Assembly: GCA_038142505.1 (NCBI GenBank)
Contig: JAYQKD010000003.1
Span: forward strand, 162,041 to 226,040
DNA from: Gammaproteobacteria bacterium
Lineage (GTDB): Bacteria; Pseudomonadota; Gammaproteobacteria; Magnimaribacterales; D2472
Length of the DNA: 64,000 bases
Direction of reading: 5' to 3'
Positions within the stretch are counted from its first letter, which is position 1. Each line of letters starts with the position of its first letter. Below are positions 37,203 to 48,144 of this stretch, one piece after another. Made by a program: the position numbers and the translations under genes. The notes under the pieces are model-generated. The model did no database searches. It was not told where the DNA came from and worked only from the letters and a program-made list of their open reading frames with translations.

Positions 37203-38559
37203 CTTCAATTTTTTTAAGATATTTTTTAATAATCCATCTAAGTCTTAATATTGCTAAAATTGCAAATATACTTAATCCAATTATCATTCCGAACCACATT
37301 CCAGCAGCACCCATAGGGGCATCAAAACCTGTCATAGTTAGATAATATCCAATTGGCATTGCAAATATCCAATAAGATATAAATAAAAGTATCATTGGAA
37401 CAAAAGTATCTTTAAAACCTCTTAAACTTCCAAGAGCGCCCATTTGAATTCCATCAGGCAGTTGAAAAATCGCAGCAAAAATTAATAAATATACAGCAAG
37501 AGAAAATATAATTTCATCTGTTGTATATATGCTAACTATTAGCTCTCTAAAGCTTAAAATTAATATCACATTCATTAATGCAGTTAAAACACATAAATAA
37601 ATTGTTGATGAAGAGGCAACCTTTGCTTGTTTATAATTATTCTCGCCAATTAAATTACCAACTCTTGTTGCAGCAGCCAAACCAACTGCTAATGGCACCA
37701 TAAAAAATAAACTAGCAACATTAATTGCTATAGCATGGCTCGCAACAATATCTTCACCCAGAATACCTAAAATAATTTGGGCACCTGAAAACATACTTAG
37801 TTCAATAAAAATTCCAAAACCAATTGGCAATCCAAGCTTAAATACCTCTTTAGTAGTCTCAATAGATGGAGGCGTAAATTTAGAGAAGGGCTCGGTTATT
37901 TTATATTTTTTATTTATATTGATGTAAATTAAGATTGTTACCATCATAATAAATGAAACAATTGTAGTGGCTATACCGCAACCAACTCCACCCAACTTAG
38001 GTGCTCCCAACCATCCATATACAAAAATTAAATCTAGGGGAATATTTAAAATCATTCCAAAAACTGCAATATAAAAAACAGGTTTTGTTAGAGTCATACC
38101 TTCGCTATAACACCTTAAACATGTAAAGACCGTAATAAATGCAAAACCTAGTGCTACAGCTTTGAGATATTTTTCTGAAATATCTGTAACGCTTTTATCA
38201 ATAGGCAATACATCTAAAATTATCCCCATATTCATAAACAATAAAGCAATTAGGAATCCTAATAGAATAGATATCCACAAAACTTCTCTGAGTTTTTGAC
38301 CAATTAGTTGGAATTTTTTTGCTCCATAAAGTTGAGCAACTATTGGAGTTACAGCAAAAATTACACCAGAAAAAAACATAAAAATAGTCATGGAAAATGC
38401 ATTTCCTACAGCAAGACCTGCTAAATCTGATGCACTTGCTCTTCCAGCAATAATAATTGTATCCGTAGTGCCCATAAGAGCATAAGATAATTGAGAGCCA
38501 AATATTGGAAATCCAATATTGAAGAGGTGTTTAAATTCTTTTAAATATTTTTTAATCAA
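37192..38559 (-). CDS. norM: MATE-family multidrug/sodium efflux transporter (NorM-like)
   Basis: 455 aa, about 12 TM segments. The N-terminus [33 protein letters not shown] is the typical MATE start. Its 3' end overlaps the sucD stop region. Confidence 0.85.
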   Translation of the reverse strand: MIKKYLKEFKHLFNIGFPIFGSQLSYALMGTTDTIIIAGRASASDLAGLAVGNAFSMTIFMFFSGVIFAVTPIVAQLYGAKKFQLIGQKLREVLWISILLGFLIALLFMNMGIILDVLPIDKSVTDISEKYLKAVALGFAFITVFTCLRCYSEGMTLTKPVFYIAVFGMILNIPLDLIFVYGWLGAPKLGGVGCGIATTIVSFIMMVTILIYININKKYKITEPFSKFTPPSIETTKEVFKLGLPIGFGIFIELSMFSGAQIILGILGEDIVASHAIAINVASLFFMVPLAVGLAAATRVGNLIGENNYKQAKVASSSTIYLCVLTALMNVILILSFRELIVSIYTTDEIIFSLAVYLLIFAAIFQLPDGIQMGALGSLRGFKDTFVPMILLFISYWIFAMPIGYYLTMTGFDAPMGAAGMWFGMIIGLSIFAILAILRLRWIIKKYLKKIEVTY

Positions 38560-39340
38560 TTTTTATGAAATAATTTTTCCGCTACTTTATCATATTAAAA
38601 TATCACCTTTGGAGATTATTATCAGAAAAGACAATAGACCATATTGGTTAAAAAAATTAGTTACCAAAATTGTTAAAATTTATGTAAGACAATTCTTAGA
38701 ACCACAATTTGATTATCTTGGTAAAGGGGGCGCATATTTCAAACCAAGGTACATAAAGGTATTTGGCGGTAATGTTTCAATTGATGATTATCCTACTTTA
38801 ATTGGATCTAAAGATGCTCACATACAATTTACCTCTTGGGATATTGGTGAACATAAAGGTGAAATAAAAATTGGTAAGTTTTGCTTGATTACTCCTGGCG
38901 TTAGAATAATGTCCGCTAAAAGTATTGTTATTGGAGATGCTTGTATGATTGCTCATGGCGCATACATATCAGATGCTGATTGGCATGGTATATATGATAG
39001 AGCCGAACCAGTTGGAAATACTAAGCCAGTAGTTTTTGAGGATAATGTATGGATTGGTGATAGTGCAATTATCTGCAAAGGAGTGACTATCGGTAAAAAT
39101 AGTATTATTGGCGCTGGCGCTGTAGTTACAAAAGATGTTCCTCCAAATTCAATATTTGCTGGGAATCCGGCTAAATTAGTAAAAACATTAGATGATGTAG
39201 AATTCAATACTAGGGCTAACTTTCTTGAAGATCCTATTAAACTTGCAAAAGAATTTGATGCATTGGATAAATATACTTTGGGACAAAATAGTTTATTTGG
39301 ATGGCTAAAAAGTTTAGTTATGCCGGATAAATCTAATTAA
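38519..39340 (+). CDS. hexapeptide-repeat (left-handed beta-helix) O-acyltransferase
   Basis: IGDACMIAHGAYISD...VFEDNVWIGDSAIICKGVTIGKNSIIGAGAVVTKDVPPNSIFAGNPAK resembles maltose/galactoside O-acetyltransferase-like proteins. The start is uncertain: the only in-frame ATG overlaps the divergent MATE start by 41 nt. Confidence 0.75.
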   Translation: MKRCLNSFKYFLINFYEIIFPLLYHIKISPLEIIIRKDNRPYWLKKLVTKIVKIYVRQFLEPQFDYLGKGGAYFKPRYIKVFGGNVSIDDYPTLIGSKDAHIQFTSWDIGEHKGEIKIGKFCLITPGVRIMSAKSIVIGDACMIAHGAYISDADWHGIYDRAEPVGNTKPVVFEDNVWIGDSAIICKGVTIGKNSIIGAGAVVTKDVPPNSIFAGNPAKLVKTLDDVEFNTRANFLEDPIKLAKEFDALDKYTLGQNSLFGWLKSLVMPDKSN

Positions 39341-39354
39341 TACCTAATTAATAA

Positions 39355-40398
39355 ATGAAGATAGCGGTTGATAAGGGGATAAAATCCTTTGAAAAAATAA
39401 TTACATCAATTAATGGGTTTAATGAGATAGAATTTGAATACCTTCAAACACAAGAGATAACTAACGATAAATTAAAAGATACAGAAGCATTATTTATCAG
39501 ATCAACTACTTCAGTAGACAAAGCTTTACTTAAAAATACTAAAATTAAAATTGTTGGATCAGCAACAGCTGGTATAGATCACTTAGACACAACGTATTTA
39601 AATAACAAGGATATTAAATGGTTTTGTGCAGAAGGCTCTAATTCATTATCAGTTGTAAATTATGTTATGTCAGTAATATGTTATTTAAAGAGTGAGAATC
39701 TTTTTAATATCAATGATAGTGTTGGAATAGTTGGTTATGGGAATATTGGTAAAAAATTAAAATTTGTTTTAGATACCTTTTCAATAACAAACTCAGTTTA
39801 TGATCCATTTTTAGATCATGATTTTTTATCAAATATTAATACAATTAAAGAATGCGATTTAATTTCTTTGCACGTTCCTTTAACTTATAAAACTTTATTC
39901 CCAACATTTAAATTGGTAGACCAGGTTTTTATAGATGATATTAGTAATAAAACTCTTATCAATACTTCTAGAGGAGGTATTGTTGATGAGAAAAGTTTGA
40001 TGAAAAACAGCAAAGTAAATTATATTTCTGACGTCTGGATGAACGAACCAACTCCAAGTAGAGAAATTATTGATTATTCTTTGTTATCGACACCTCATAT
40101 AGCAGGCCATAGTTTTAATGGAAAATTAAATGGAACACTTTATTTAATTAAACGTTTACAAGAATTTCTTGATATGGATAAGTCGATGGTATTTGAAAAT
40201 AATAAAAAAATGAATTGTCTCTCAGAGGTAATTAAATTAACTGAACCATATAACATAGATACTTTTTACTCCGAATACCCAATCAACGAAGAATCTTCTT
40301 CATTCAAAAAAGCCTATTTAGGAGAACAGGAAGACTTTAAAGCAATTTTTGAAAGCTCTAGGTCTAATCATTATTTTAGAAAAGACATAGAAATATAG
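39355..40398 (+). CDS. pdxB: erythronate-4-phosphate dehydrogenase (D-2-hydroxyacid dehydrogenase family)
   Basis: MKIAVDKGI...ALFIRSTTSVDKALL...IVGSATAGIDHLD, the NAD site VGIVGYGNIGKKL, LHVPL, NTSRGG.VD and STPHIAGHS. The overall layout, including the C-terminal extension, matches PdxB. Confidence 0.8.
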   Translation: MKIAVDKGIKSFEKIITSINGFNEIEFEYLQTQEITNDKLKDTEALFIRSTTSVDKALLKNTKIKIVGSATAGIDHLDTTYLNNKDIKWFCAEGSNSLSVVNYVMSVICYLKSENLFNINDSVGIVGYGNIGKKLKFVLDTFSITNSVYDPFLDHDFLSNINTIKECDLISLHVPLTYKTLFPTFKLVDQVFIDDISNKTLINTSRGGIVDEKSLMKNSKVNYISDVWMNEPTPSREIIDYSLLSTPHIAGHSFNGKLNGTLYLIKRLQEFLDMDKSMVFENNKKMNCLSEVIKLTEPYNIDTFYSEYPINEESSSFKKAYLGEQEDFKAIFESSRSNHYFRKDIEI

Positions 40399-40615
40399 GA
40401 TTTTGTCTAAATTAGTTCACACTTATTATCCTTAAGTCCACAAAATAGTATTTTTTTATATTAAAATTATGTATATAAAACATATATTTCAAATCAGAAA
40501 ATAAAAAATAAATAAAAAATAGTTCATTTGTAAATAATAAGTGCAAGCTAGGTAAATATTTTTGGCATTTAAATTGCTTATATTAAATATACATATTTAA
40601 CAAATTGGGTAAATC

Positions 40616-41020
40616 ATGAAATTTTTAAAAATTGACGAAACATCTCTCAAAAATTCAAAAAAACTTATTAGAAGAGTATTAAGCGCAAGTATAGATAATC
40701 CAAATAATCCAGAATCGCTTAATTTCTTTCAGGCAGATACTTACAGATTTTATTTTTTAATGAGCTTTATGTGGGAGGCTCTTGAAGGTAATGAAATCTC
40801 ACAAGAATATGCCATTTCATTAGTACCCAAAAAATTTGCTTCAAGAATTAAAAGACTGCAAGTTTTAAAACAGGCAGTTCAGTTAGGATATATTGATGAG
40901 CAACAATCCCAGATTGATAGACGAAGAAGAATATATTTTCCTTCTGAAACGCTTTTAAATGATTTTGTTCAATATGCTAACGATTCTGATAAAGCTGTAA
41001 AAATCGATAAAGCTTCATAA
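40616..41020 (+). CDS. hypothetical protein, possible winged-helix DNA-binding domain
   Basis: 134-aa ORF preceded by a 217-bp AT-rich spacer. The C-terminal half (ISQEYAISLVPKKFASRIKRLQVLKQAVQLGYIDEQQSQIDRRRRIYFPSE) has a helix-turn-helix-plus-wing pattern reminiscent of MarR-type regulators. I recognise no specific family. Confidence 0.35.
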   Translation: MKFLKIDETSLKNSKKLIRRVLSASIDNPNNPESLNFFQADTYRFYFLMSFMWEALEGNEISQEYAISLVPKKFASRIKRLQVLKQAVQLGYIDEQQSQIDRRRRIYFPSETLLNDFVQYANDSDKAVKIDKAS

Positions 41021-41085
41021 TTTAAATTTTACTCTATAGATCTAAAGCTCTACCTATATTCATTGTTGTTCATTACAATTGAATA

Positions 41086-41481
41086 ATGTCATTTAAAAAT
41101 AAGACAGATGAAGAGTGGAAATCTCAACTTGGTGATGAGAGTTATTATGTAACTCGACAATCCGGCACTGAAAGACCTTTCACAGGAAAATATTGGAATT
41201 TTAAAGAAAAAGGGCAATACAACTGTATTTGCTGTGATACTCCACTGTTTGAATCTGATACAAAGTTTGATTCAGGTTGTGGCTGGCCAAGCTTTTTTCT
41301 TCCAAAAGATAAAGAAACAATATCTGAAGTTCCTGATCACTCTCATGGAATGACACGCATTGAAGTTAAATGCAAGCAATGTGATGCCCACCTTGGACAT
41401 GTTTTTAATGACGGCCCAAGACCGACAGGGTTGAGGTATTGTATTAATTCTGCCTCATTGGATTTTAAAAAAGATGGCTAG
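41086..41481 (+). CDS. msrB: peptide-methionine (R)-S-oxide reductase
   Basis: [18 protein letters not shown], the zinc-binding CxxC pairs (CICC...CKQC), GCGWPSF and [10 protein letters not shown]...RYCINS. Confidence 0.95.
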   Translation: MSFKNKTDEEWKSQLGDESYYVTRQSGTERPFTGKYWNFKEKGQYNCICCDTPLFESDTKFDSGCGWPSFFLPKDKETISEVPDHSHGMTRIEVKCKQCDAHLGHVFNDGPRPTGLRYCINSASLDFKKDG

Positions 41482-43023
41482 TGTTAAATCAAATAAACTT
41501 TTAAAAGCATTAACTCAGGTTTCAGCATGGACTGGTTTATCAAGAGTTTTCGGTTTAATAAGAGATATAGCTACAACAAGCTTGCTAGGAGCATCAGTCT
41601 TTCATGATATTTTTGTCGTGACGTTGAAAATTCCAAATCTTTTTAGAAGGTTTTTTGCCGAAGGTGCTTTTAACCAAGCATTTATTCCAATATATAGTGA
41701 CTATCAGAAAAGCGAAAATGAAAAAGATATATACAACTTTCTCAATGCTTTAGCTGGATCATTTTTAAGTGTTTTATTTTTCTTTACACTCATAGTGCTA
41801 TTAATTGCTCCAATTTTTATTTTTATATTTGCTCCAGGATTTTATTTTGATGATTTCAAAAAAGACTTAGCGGTAGATATTTTAAGAATAATGTTTCCAT
41901 ATTTAGCATTAATTTCTTTAGTTGCTTTTTCAAGCGGCATACAAAATAGCCATGATCGTTTCTCTTTGCCGGCATTTACACCTTTAATATTTAATATTTC
42001 ATTAATAATAGCTGCAGTATATCTAGCACCAAAATTTAGTGTTCCAGTATTTGCCTTGGCATGGGGAGTTCTTGTAGCTGGCTTCATGCAATTACTAATA
42101 CATATAATTGCATTAAAAAAAATTAATAGACTTCCAAGGCCTACTTTTAACTGGTCTCACCCAGGTTTAAAAAATTTATTACGCTTGTATTTCCAGCAAT
42201 CCTTGCTGGTGGAATTATTCAGATTAATTTACTTATTGATACTATTTTTGCATCTTTACTTCAAACAGGTAGCCCAACTTGGTTGTATGTGTCTGATAGA
42301 TTAATTCAATTTCCAATGGGCTTATTTGCGATCGCTATTGGTACAGTTCTTTTACCAACCTTATCAAAAATTGATATTACTCAGAACAAAAACTTATTTA
42401 TATCCGAATTACAAAAAGGCCAAAGGTTTGTTTTATTCATAGGATTACCATCTTTTATTGGTTTGTATTTATGTTCAGTAGACTTGATAAGCACAATTTT
42501 TCTAAGAGGTGAGTTTTCATCATATGATGTCCAGCAATCATCATTGAGCTTAATGGCATTTTCAATTGGCTTACCATTTTTCATGCTTATGAAAGTTTTA
42601 ACACCAGCATTCTTTGCAAGAAAAGACTCAAAAACGCCTATGTATGTTGCATTACTTTCATTGGTGCTCAATGCCTTTCTGAATTATTTATTAGCATTTG
42701 AGTTGGGTTTAGGACATATTGGTATAGCAATAGGAAGCTCAATTGCTGCTGTTGTCAGCGTACTTATTCTTGAAGTAATTTTGGTAAAGGATGGACTAAT
42801 TAATCTTATTAATCCATTTAATAAGTTTAATTTTTCTATATTAATACCTTCTATCTTAGTGATAGTTTTTTTAAATTACTCTGCTCAATTTTTTGATTTT
42901 TTTGACTTAAATCAGACTGAAAGAGTGTTGGCACTTCTTTTCAAAGTTACAATATCAATATTCATATACTTCATTATTTCAAGAATAATTAGAGGGTATT
43001 CTTTTAAAGAATTTTTAAATTAA
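41474..43023 (+). CDS. murJ: lipid II flippase MurJ/MviN (frameshift ~42170-42200)
   Basis: [20 protein letters not shown]...[13 protein letters not shown]. After the shift it reads ...[45 protein letters not shown]. Total is about 516 codons. Confidence 0.9.
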
Positions 43024-43024
43024 A

Positions 43025-43972
43025 ATGTACTTAATTAGAGGATTACATAATTTAGATTTTTTTAAAAAATCACATCCAAATCTAATACTCCATGGAACTA
43101 TAGGAAATTTTGATGGTTTACATAAAGGCCATCAGGCTATTTTGTCAAAAATTAAAAATAAAGCTGAGAAAACGAACGGTTACTCAATAGTTTTTTTTAC
43201 AGAACCACATGCATCTGAGTACTTTGCTGCTAATAATAACTCGCAAAATGAAGCACCCCCAAGAATTTGTCCATGGAGGAAAAAATTTGAACTTCTTAGA
43301 GATTTTGATATAGATTTTGCTTTTTTTCTTAAATTTAATAATTCCTTGAGAAAAATGACTCCTGAAATTTTTATTTCAGATGTATTAGATTCTGTTGGTC
43401 TAGCATCTTTAACTGTAGGTGATGATTTTAGATTTGGGGCTAATAGAGCAGGCGATTTTGACCTTTTAACAAAATGGGGCTCAAAGAAAGGTATTGAAGT
43501 AATGAATACTGAAACATTTAACTATGAAGATCAAAGAGTTAGCAGTACTAGAATAAGAAAGGCTCTGCTGAATGATGACTTTCAGCTTGCTGAGATTTTA
43601 TTAGGAAGGCCTTATACTTTTTCAGGAAAAGTAGTCCATGGACAGCATCTTGGAAGAACAATTGGTGTGCCAACAGCAAATATTTGGCTTCCAAAGCAAA
43701 AACTTCCTATTTCTGGAGTGTATGCAGTTAGAACTACTTTTGATGGCAAGTCTTTTGATGGCATAGCTAACATGGGAATTAGACCTACAGTGGGTGGCTC
43801 TAACCCAGTGCTGGAAGTTCATTTATTTAATTTTGATCAAGAGATTTATTCAAAAAGACTAACAGTACAATTTGTAAATAAAATACGTGAAGAAAAGAAG
43901 TTTGAGAACTTAGACATGTTAAAATCACAAATTCAAAAAGACATAACAACTGCAAAAAACTTATTAAAATAA
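43025..43972 (+). CDS. ribF: bifunctional riboflavin kinase / FMN adenylyltransferase
   Basis: GNFDGLHKGHQAIL, VGDDFRFG, and the riboflavin kinase domain GKVVHGQHLGRTIGVPTANI...LEVHLFNFDQEIY. Confidence 0.95.
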   Translation: MYLIRGLHNLDFFKKSHPNLILHGTIGNFDGLHKGHQAILSKIKNKAEKTNGYSIVFFTEPHASEYFAANNNSQNEAPPRICPWRKKFELLRDFDIDFAFFLKFNNSLRKMTPEIFISDVLDSVGLASLTVGDDFRFGANRAGDFDLLTKWGSKKGIEVMNTETFNYEDQRVSSTRIRKALLNDDFQLAEILLGRPYTFSGKVVHGQHLGRTIGVPTANIWLPKQKLPISGVYAVRTTFDGKSFDGIANMGIRPTVGGSNPVLEVHLFNFDQEIYSKRLTVQFVNKIREEKKFENLDMLKSQIQKDITTAKNLLK

Positions 43973-43975
43973 AAA

Positions 43976-46747
43976 ATGACGATTAATTATAGGGATACTC
44001 TTAATCTTCCTGAAACAGAATTATCTATGAAAGCGGGCTTACCCAGAAAAGAGCCTGAGATAATTGAATTTTGGAATGATATTGATATCTATAAAAAGTT
44101 AAGAGAACTCCATGAAAATGATGAAACTTTTATTCTGCATGATGGACCCCCATATGCTAACGGTTCTATTCATCTCGGACATTCAGTTAATAAGATACTT
44201 AAAGATATTACTATTAAATCAAAAACATTCCTTGGAAAAAATGCTCCATATGTTCCTGGGTGGGACTGTCATGGATTGCCAATTGAGCTGAATATTGAAA
44301 AGAAGCATGGAAAAAGAAGTGAACTTGTTCAAGATAAGAAAAGTTTTCAGGAAGCTTGTAAGGAATATGCACTCACTCAAATCGAAAACCAAAAAAAAGA
44401 TTTTATTAGGCTTGGTGTATTTGGTGAATGGGACAACCCATATAAAAGCTTGGATTCAACTTTTGAAGCTGATGCTATTAGAGCTTTGGGTAAAATATAC
44501 GAATCTGATCATCTTCAAAAGGGTGAAAAGCCAGTTCATTGGTGCCAAGACTGCGGGTCTGCCTTAGCCGAGGCTGAGGTTGAATATCAAGATAAGGTTT
44601 CTAAATCTATAGATGTAGCTTTCAAAGTTGATGAACAGAGCATTGATAGTGTAAAAACTGTTTTTGGTTTCTCTGAAAATGAATCTATTTCTTTTATTAT
44701 ATGGACAACTACTCCATGGACAATACCATCAAATGTAGCTGTATGTATTAATCCAGATTTGGAATACACACTTATCAAAATTGATAATTCTCATCATATT
44801 ATCGCTGATTCGATGATTGAATCATGTTCTGATAGGTGGGGCATTGAGGTTAAGAAGATTTCAACAGTAAAAGGCCATGAATTAGAAGATATTGATTTAA
44901 TTCATCCATTCATAGATAGAAAATCTAAACTTCTTCATGCTGATCATGTTACCACTGATGCAGGTACAGGGTGTGTTCACACAGCTCCAGCACACGGTAT
45001 GGATGATTTTTCCATATGTAAAAAAAATAATATTCAAATTATAAAAGCATTAGATAGCAAAGGATTATTTAAAGAAGAAATTGATTTTATTGCTGGTCTG
45101 CCTCCATTAAAAGCAGATTCTCTTGTTATAGAAAAAATTGATGAAGTTGGTGCATTGATTAATTGTGATGATTATCATCATTCATATCCTCATTGCTGGA
45201 GACATAAAACACCTTTGATTTTTACCTCCACACCTCAGTGGTTTATCTCAATGGACAAAGGAGGTTTGCTTAAGAATGCTCTTGGAAGCATTAATGAAGT
45301 CAAATGGGAGCCTTCATGGGGTCTGCAAAGAATTGAGAGTATGCTTACTGATAGACCAGATTGGTGTATTTCAAGACAAAGAAAGTGGGGTATTCCAATA
45401 ACATTACTAATTCATAAAGATACTGGTGAAATTCATCCTGATCAGGGCGAATTATTTAAAAAGTTTGCTGATGTTATTGAAAAAAATGGAATTTCTGCAT
45501 GGGATAGTCTTGATTTGAGCGATTTTATAGATAGCAGTGACTCATATGTAAAAGTTCAAGATACTTTAGATGTTTGGTTTGATTCTGGTGTTACTCACAG
45601 TACGGTTTCAGAAAAAAGATTTTCAGATGATGTTATTGCAGATCTTTATCTAGAAGGCTCAGACCAGCATAGGGGATGGTTTCAATCATCTTTGCTAACA
45701 AGTATTGCAATGAAAGGACGTCCGCCATATAAGGCAGTCCTTACTCATGGTTTTGTTGTAGATGAAAATGGAAGAAAGCAATCTAAATCCTTAGGCAATG
45801 TTGTTTCACCTCAAAAAGTTTGGGATAACTTGGGTGCAGATATATTAAGGTTGTGGGTAGCCTCAACCGATTTTAGAAGTGAGATGGTTGCTTCCGATGA
45901 AATTTTAAAGCGAGTATCAGATCAATATAGAAGAATCAGAAATACCTTTAGGTTTATTCTTGGAAACCTAAGTGATTTTAATGAGAGTGAAAAAGTTGAA
46001 TTCAAAAATCAAGTAGAGCTTGATAAATGGATAATTACTCAAGTTCAAGATTTAGAGCATGATGTCATAAATCACTACGAATCATATTCCTACCACAATG
46101 TTGTTCAAAGACTCCATAATTTTTGTGTGAATGAGCTGGGCGGCATTTATTTAGACATAGTTAAAGATAGACTCTATACATGTAAGCAAGACTCTATTGC
46201 AAGAAAATCATGTCAGACAAGTTTAGATTATGTCTTAAATGTAATGGTTAGATTGATTGCGCCAATCCTATCATTCACTTCTGAAGAAATATGGCAAACT
46301 CATAAGAGCCTAAAAAATCAAAATGAATCTATCTTTTTGTCCCAATATATACAAGATCAAAAAGAAGAAGCTCAAAACATTACCAATGATGATTGGAAAA
46401 GAATTTTTGAGATAAAAGACTTAGTTAATCAATCAATTGAAAGTCTAAGAAATGAAAATAAATTAAAAGGCTCTCTTGATGCAAATGTCAGGATTACAGC
46501 TAATACAGAAGACAAGCTGATTTTAGATAAGCTAGGAGAGGAGCTGCATTTTGTTTTTATTTCTTCAAATGCATCTGTTGAACAAGGAAAAGATTTGGTT
46601 ATAAATATAGAACAAATTGAGGAAGAAAAATGCTCAAGGTGTTGGCATAGAGATGCAAGCGTTGGTAAGAGCAATGCTCATCCTGGGATTTGTTCAAGAT
46701 GTGAGGAAAATATAGTCTCAACTGGAGAAATTAGATCTTTTGTTTAA
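43976..46747 (+). CDS. ileS: isoleucyl-tRNA synthetase
   Basis: Intact 923-aa ORF with HDGPPYANGSIHLGH (HIGH), KQSKSLGN (KMSKS) and the C-terminal zinc-binding CSRCW...CSRC. Confidence 0.98.
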   Translation: MTINYRDTLNLPETELSMKAGLPRKEPEIIEFWNDIDIYKKLRELHENDETFILHDGPPYANGSIHLGHSVNKILKDITIKSKTFLGKNAPYVPGWDCHGLPIELNIEKKHGKRSELVQDKKSFQEACKEYALTQIENQKKDFIRLGVFGEWDNPYKSLDSTFEADAIRALGKIYESDHLQKGEKPVHWCQDCGSALAEAEVEYQDKVSKSIDVAFKVDEQSIDSVKTVFGFSENESISFIIWTTTPWTIPSNVAVCINPDLEYTLIKIDNSHHIIADSMIESCSDRWGIEVKKISTVKGHELEDIDLIHPFIDRKSKLLHADHVTTDAGTGCVHTAPAHGMDDFSICKKNNIQIIKALDSKGLFKEEIDFIAGLPPLKADSLVIEKIDEVGALINCDDYHHSYPHCWRHKTPLIFTSTPQWFISMDKGGLLKNALGSINEVKWEPSWGLQRIESMLTDRPDWCISRQRKWGIPITLLIHKDTGEIHPDQGELFKKFADVIEKNGISAWDSLDLSDFIDSSDSYVKVQDTLDVWFDSGVTHSTVSEKRFSDDVIADLYLEGSDQHRGWFQSSLLTSIAMKGRPPYKAVLTHGFVVDENGRKQSKSLGNVVSPQKVWDNLGADILRLWVASTDFRSEMVASDEILKRVSDQYRRIRNTFRFILGNLSDFNESEKVEFKNQVELDKWIITQVQDLEHDVINHYESYSYHNVVQRLHNFCVNELGGIYLDIVKDRLYTCKQDSIARKSCQTSLDYVLNVMVRLIAPILSFTSEEIWQTHKSLKNQNESIFLSQYIQDQKEEAQNITNDDWKRIFEIKDLVNQSIESLRNENKLKGSLDANVRITANTEDKLILDKLGEELHFVFISSNASVEQGKDLVINIEQIEEEKCSRCWHRDASVGKSNAHPGICSRCEENIVSTGEIRSFV

Positions 46748-47204
46748 AAGTAAATATTTTTTATATATTTTAATTTTTATTTTTTTTGATCTATTCTCAA
46801 AACACTTAGCATTAAATTATTTAAATCATTCAACATCAGTTGAATTTATCCCCTTTATTGATTTTTATCTAACCTTTAATTCAGGAATAGCTTTTGGATT
46901 TTTAGATCTTGGCTCTAGAGCAATGTCTAACATGCTCACCTTTGCTGGAATCTTAATTGTTGCTTATATGTTGGTACTTTTAAAAAATGAAAATGACAAC
47001 ACAAAAAAATTAGCTTTATCGATAATTATTGGAGGAGCGCTTGGCAATATATTTGATAGATTGCCTGATGGATACGTTACTGATTTTCTTCATTTGAAAA
47101 TTAATAATTTTTCTTTTTTTATTTTTAATATTGCTGACGCATCAATTACTATTGGAGCAGTGCTTTTAATTTATTTGGAGCTATTTAAGAAAGATAATGC
47201 CTAG
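46740..47204 (+). CDS. lspA: lipoprotein signal peptidase II
   Basis: TTG start. NSGIAFGF, GGALGNIFDR and VTDFL....FNIADASI are the LspA catalytic Asp motifs. Confidence 0.93.
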   Translation: MFKSKYFLYILIFIFFDLFSKHLALNYLNHSTSVEFIPFIDFYLTFNSGIAFGFLDLGSRAMSNMLTFAGILIVAYMLVLLKNENDNTKKLALSIIIGGALGNIFDRLPDGYVTDFLHLKINNFSFFIFNIADASITIGAVLLIYLELFKKDNA

Positions 47205-48144
47205 TCATGGTAAAGAAATAAAGCTAGCAAATCCAAGAGGATTTTGTGCTGGAGTTGATAGGGCTATTGATATAGTTAACAAAGCTTTAGAAATCTATGG
47301 CAGTCCAGTATATGTAAAACATGAAGTAGTTCACAACAAACATGTCGTTGAAGATTTAAAAAATAGAGGAGCAGTATTTGTAGAGGAGATTGATGAGATA
47401 CCAGATAACTCTCTGGTTATTTTCAGTGCCCACGGTGTTTCAGATCAAGTTGAAGAAACAACAAAGTCTAGGAATCTTCAGTATTTTGACGCAACATGCC
47501 CGCTAGTAACAAAAGTGCACATGGAAGTTGTAAGACACGCTAGGTCAGAAAAAGACATTATTTTAATTGGTCACGAAGGACATCCTGAAGTTGAAGGAAC
47601 TATGGGAAGACACATCAATAAGGAATTAAGTAATATTTATTTAGTTCAGGATGAGAGCGAAGCTTTAAAGATTAATGTTTCTCAACCAGATAATTTAGCT
47701 CTAGTCACTCAAACCACACTAAGTGTTGATGATACAAAATCAATTATTGGAATCTTAAAAGAAAGATTCCCAAACATAAAAGTACCAAAAAAGGATGATA
47801 TTTGTTATGCAACGCAAAACAGGCAAGATGCAGTGAAACAATTAGCCCTAGAATCTGATTATATGATTGTTGTTGGATCAAAAAATAGCTCAAACTCAAA
47901 TAGATTAAAGGAATTGGCAGAAAAATGTGGATGTAAGTCAGTTCTAATCGATGGTTTTGAAGATCTTAATTTATCTGAATTAGATGGATGTAATAGAATT
48001 TCAATCACTGCCGGAGCTTCTGCACCTGAAGAAAGAGTTCAAGAAATTGCTAACGAATTACAAAAATATACTGGAGCATTAATAAATGAAAGCGGAGAAG
48101 ATAAAGAAAATATTTTCTTTAAGCTGCCTCCCTTATTAAGATAA
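47197..48144 (+). CDS. ispH: 4-hydroxy-3-methylbut-2-enyl diphosphate reductase
   Basis: LANPRGFCAGVDRAI, FDATCPLVTKVH, GHEGHPEV, ICYATQNRQ and SSNSNRL. Confidence 0.96.
   Translation: MPSHGKEIKLANPRGFCAGVDRAIDIVNKALEIYGSPVYVKHEVVHNKHVVEDLKNRGAVFVEEIDEIPDNSLVIFSAHGVSDQVEETTKSRNLQYFDATCPLVTKVHMEVVRHARSEKDIILIGHEGHPEVEGTMGRHINKELSNIYLVQDESEALKINVSQPDNLALVTQTTLSVDDTKSIIGILKERFPNIKVPKKDDICYATQNRQDAVKQLALESDYMIVVGSKNSSNSNRLKELAEKCGCKSVLIDGFEDLNLSELDGCNRISITAGASAPEERVQEIANELQKYTGALINESGEDKENIFFKLPPLLR

Noticed and set aside
44295-44567. Same-strand alternative-frame ORFs inside ileS (44295..44567) and cysS (54761..55012)
   Set aside because: They are embedded in intact, highly conserved synthetase frames. 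Their Lys/Leu-rich translations are typical of off-frame AT-rich coding DNA, and nothing supports overlapping genes.
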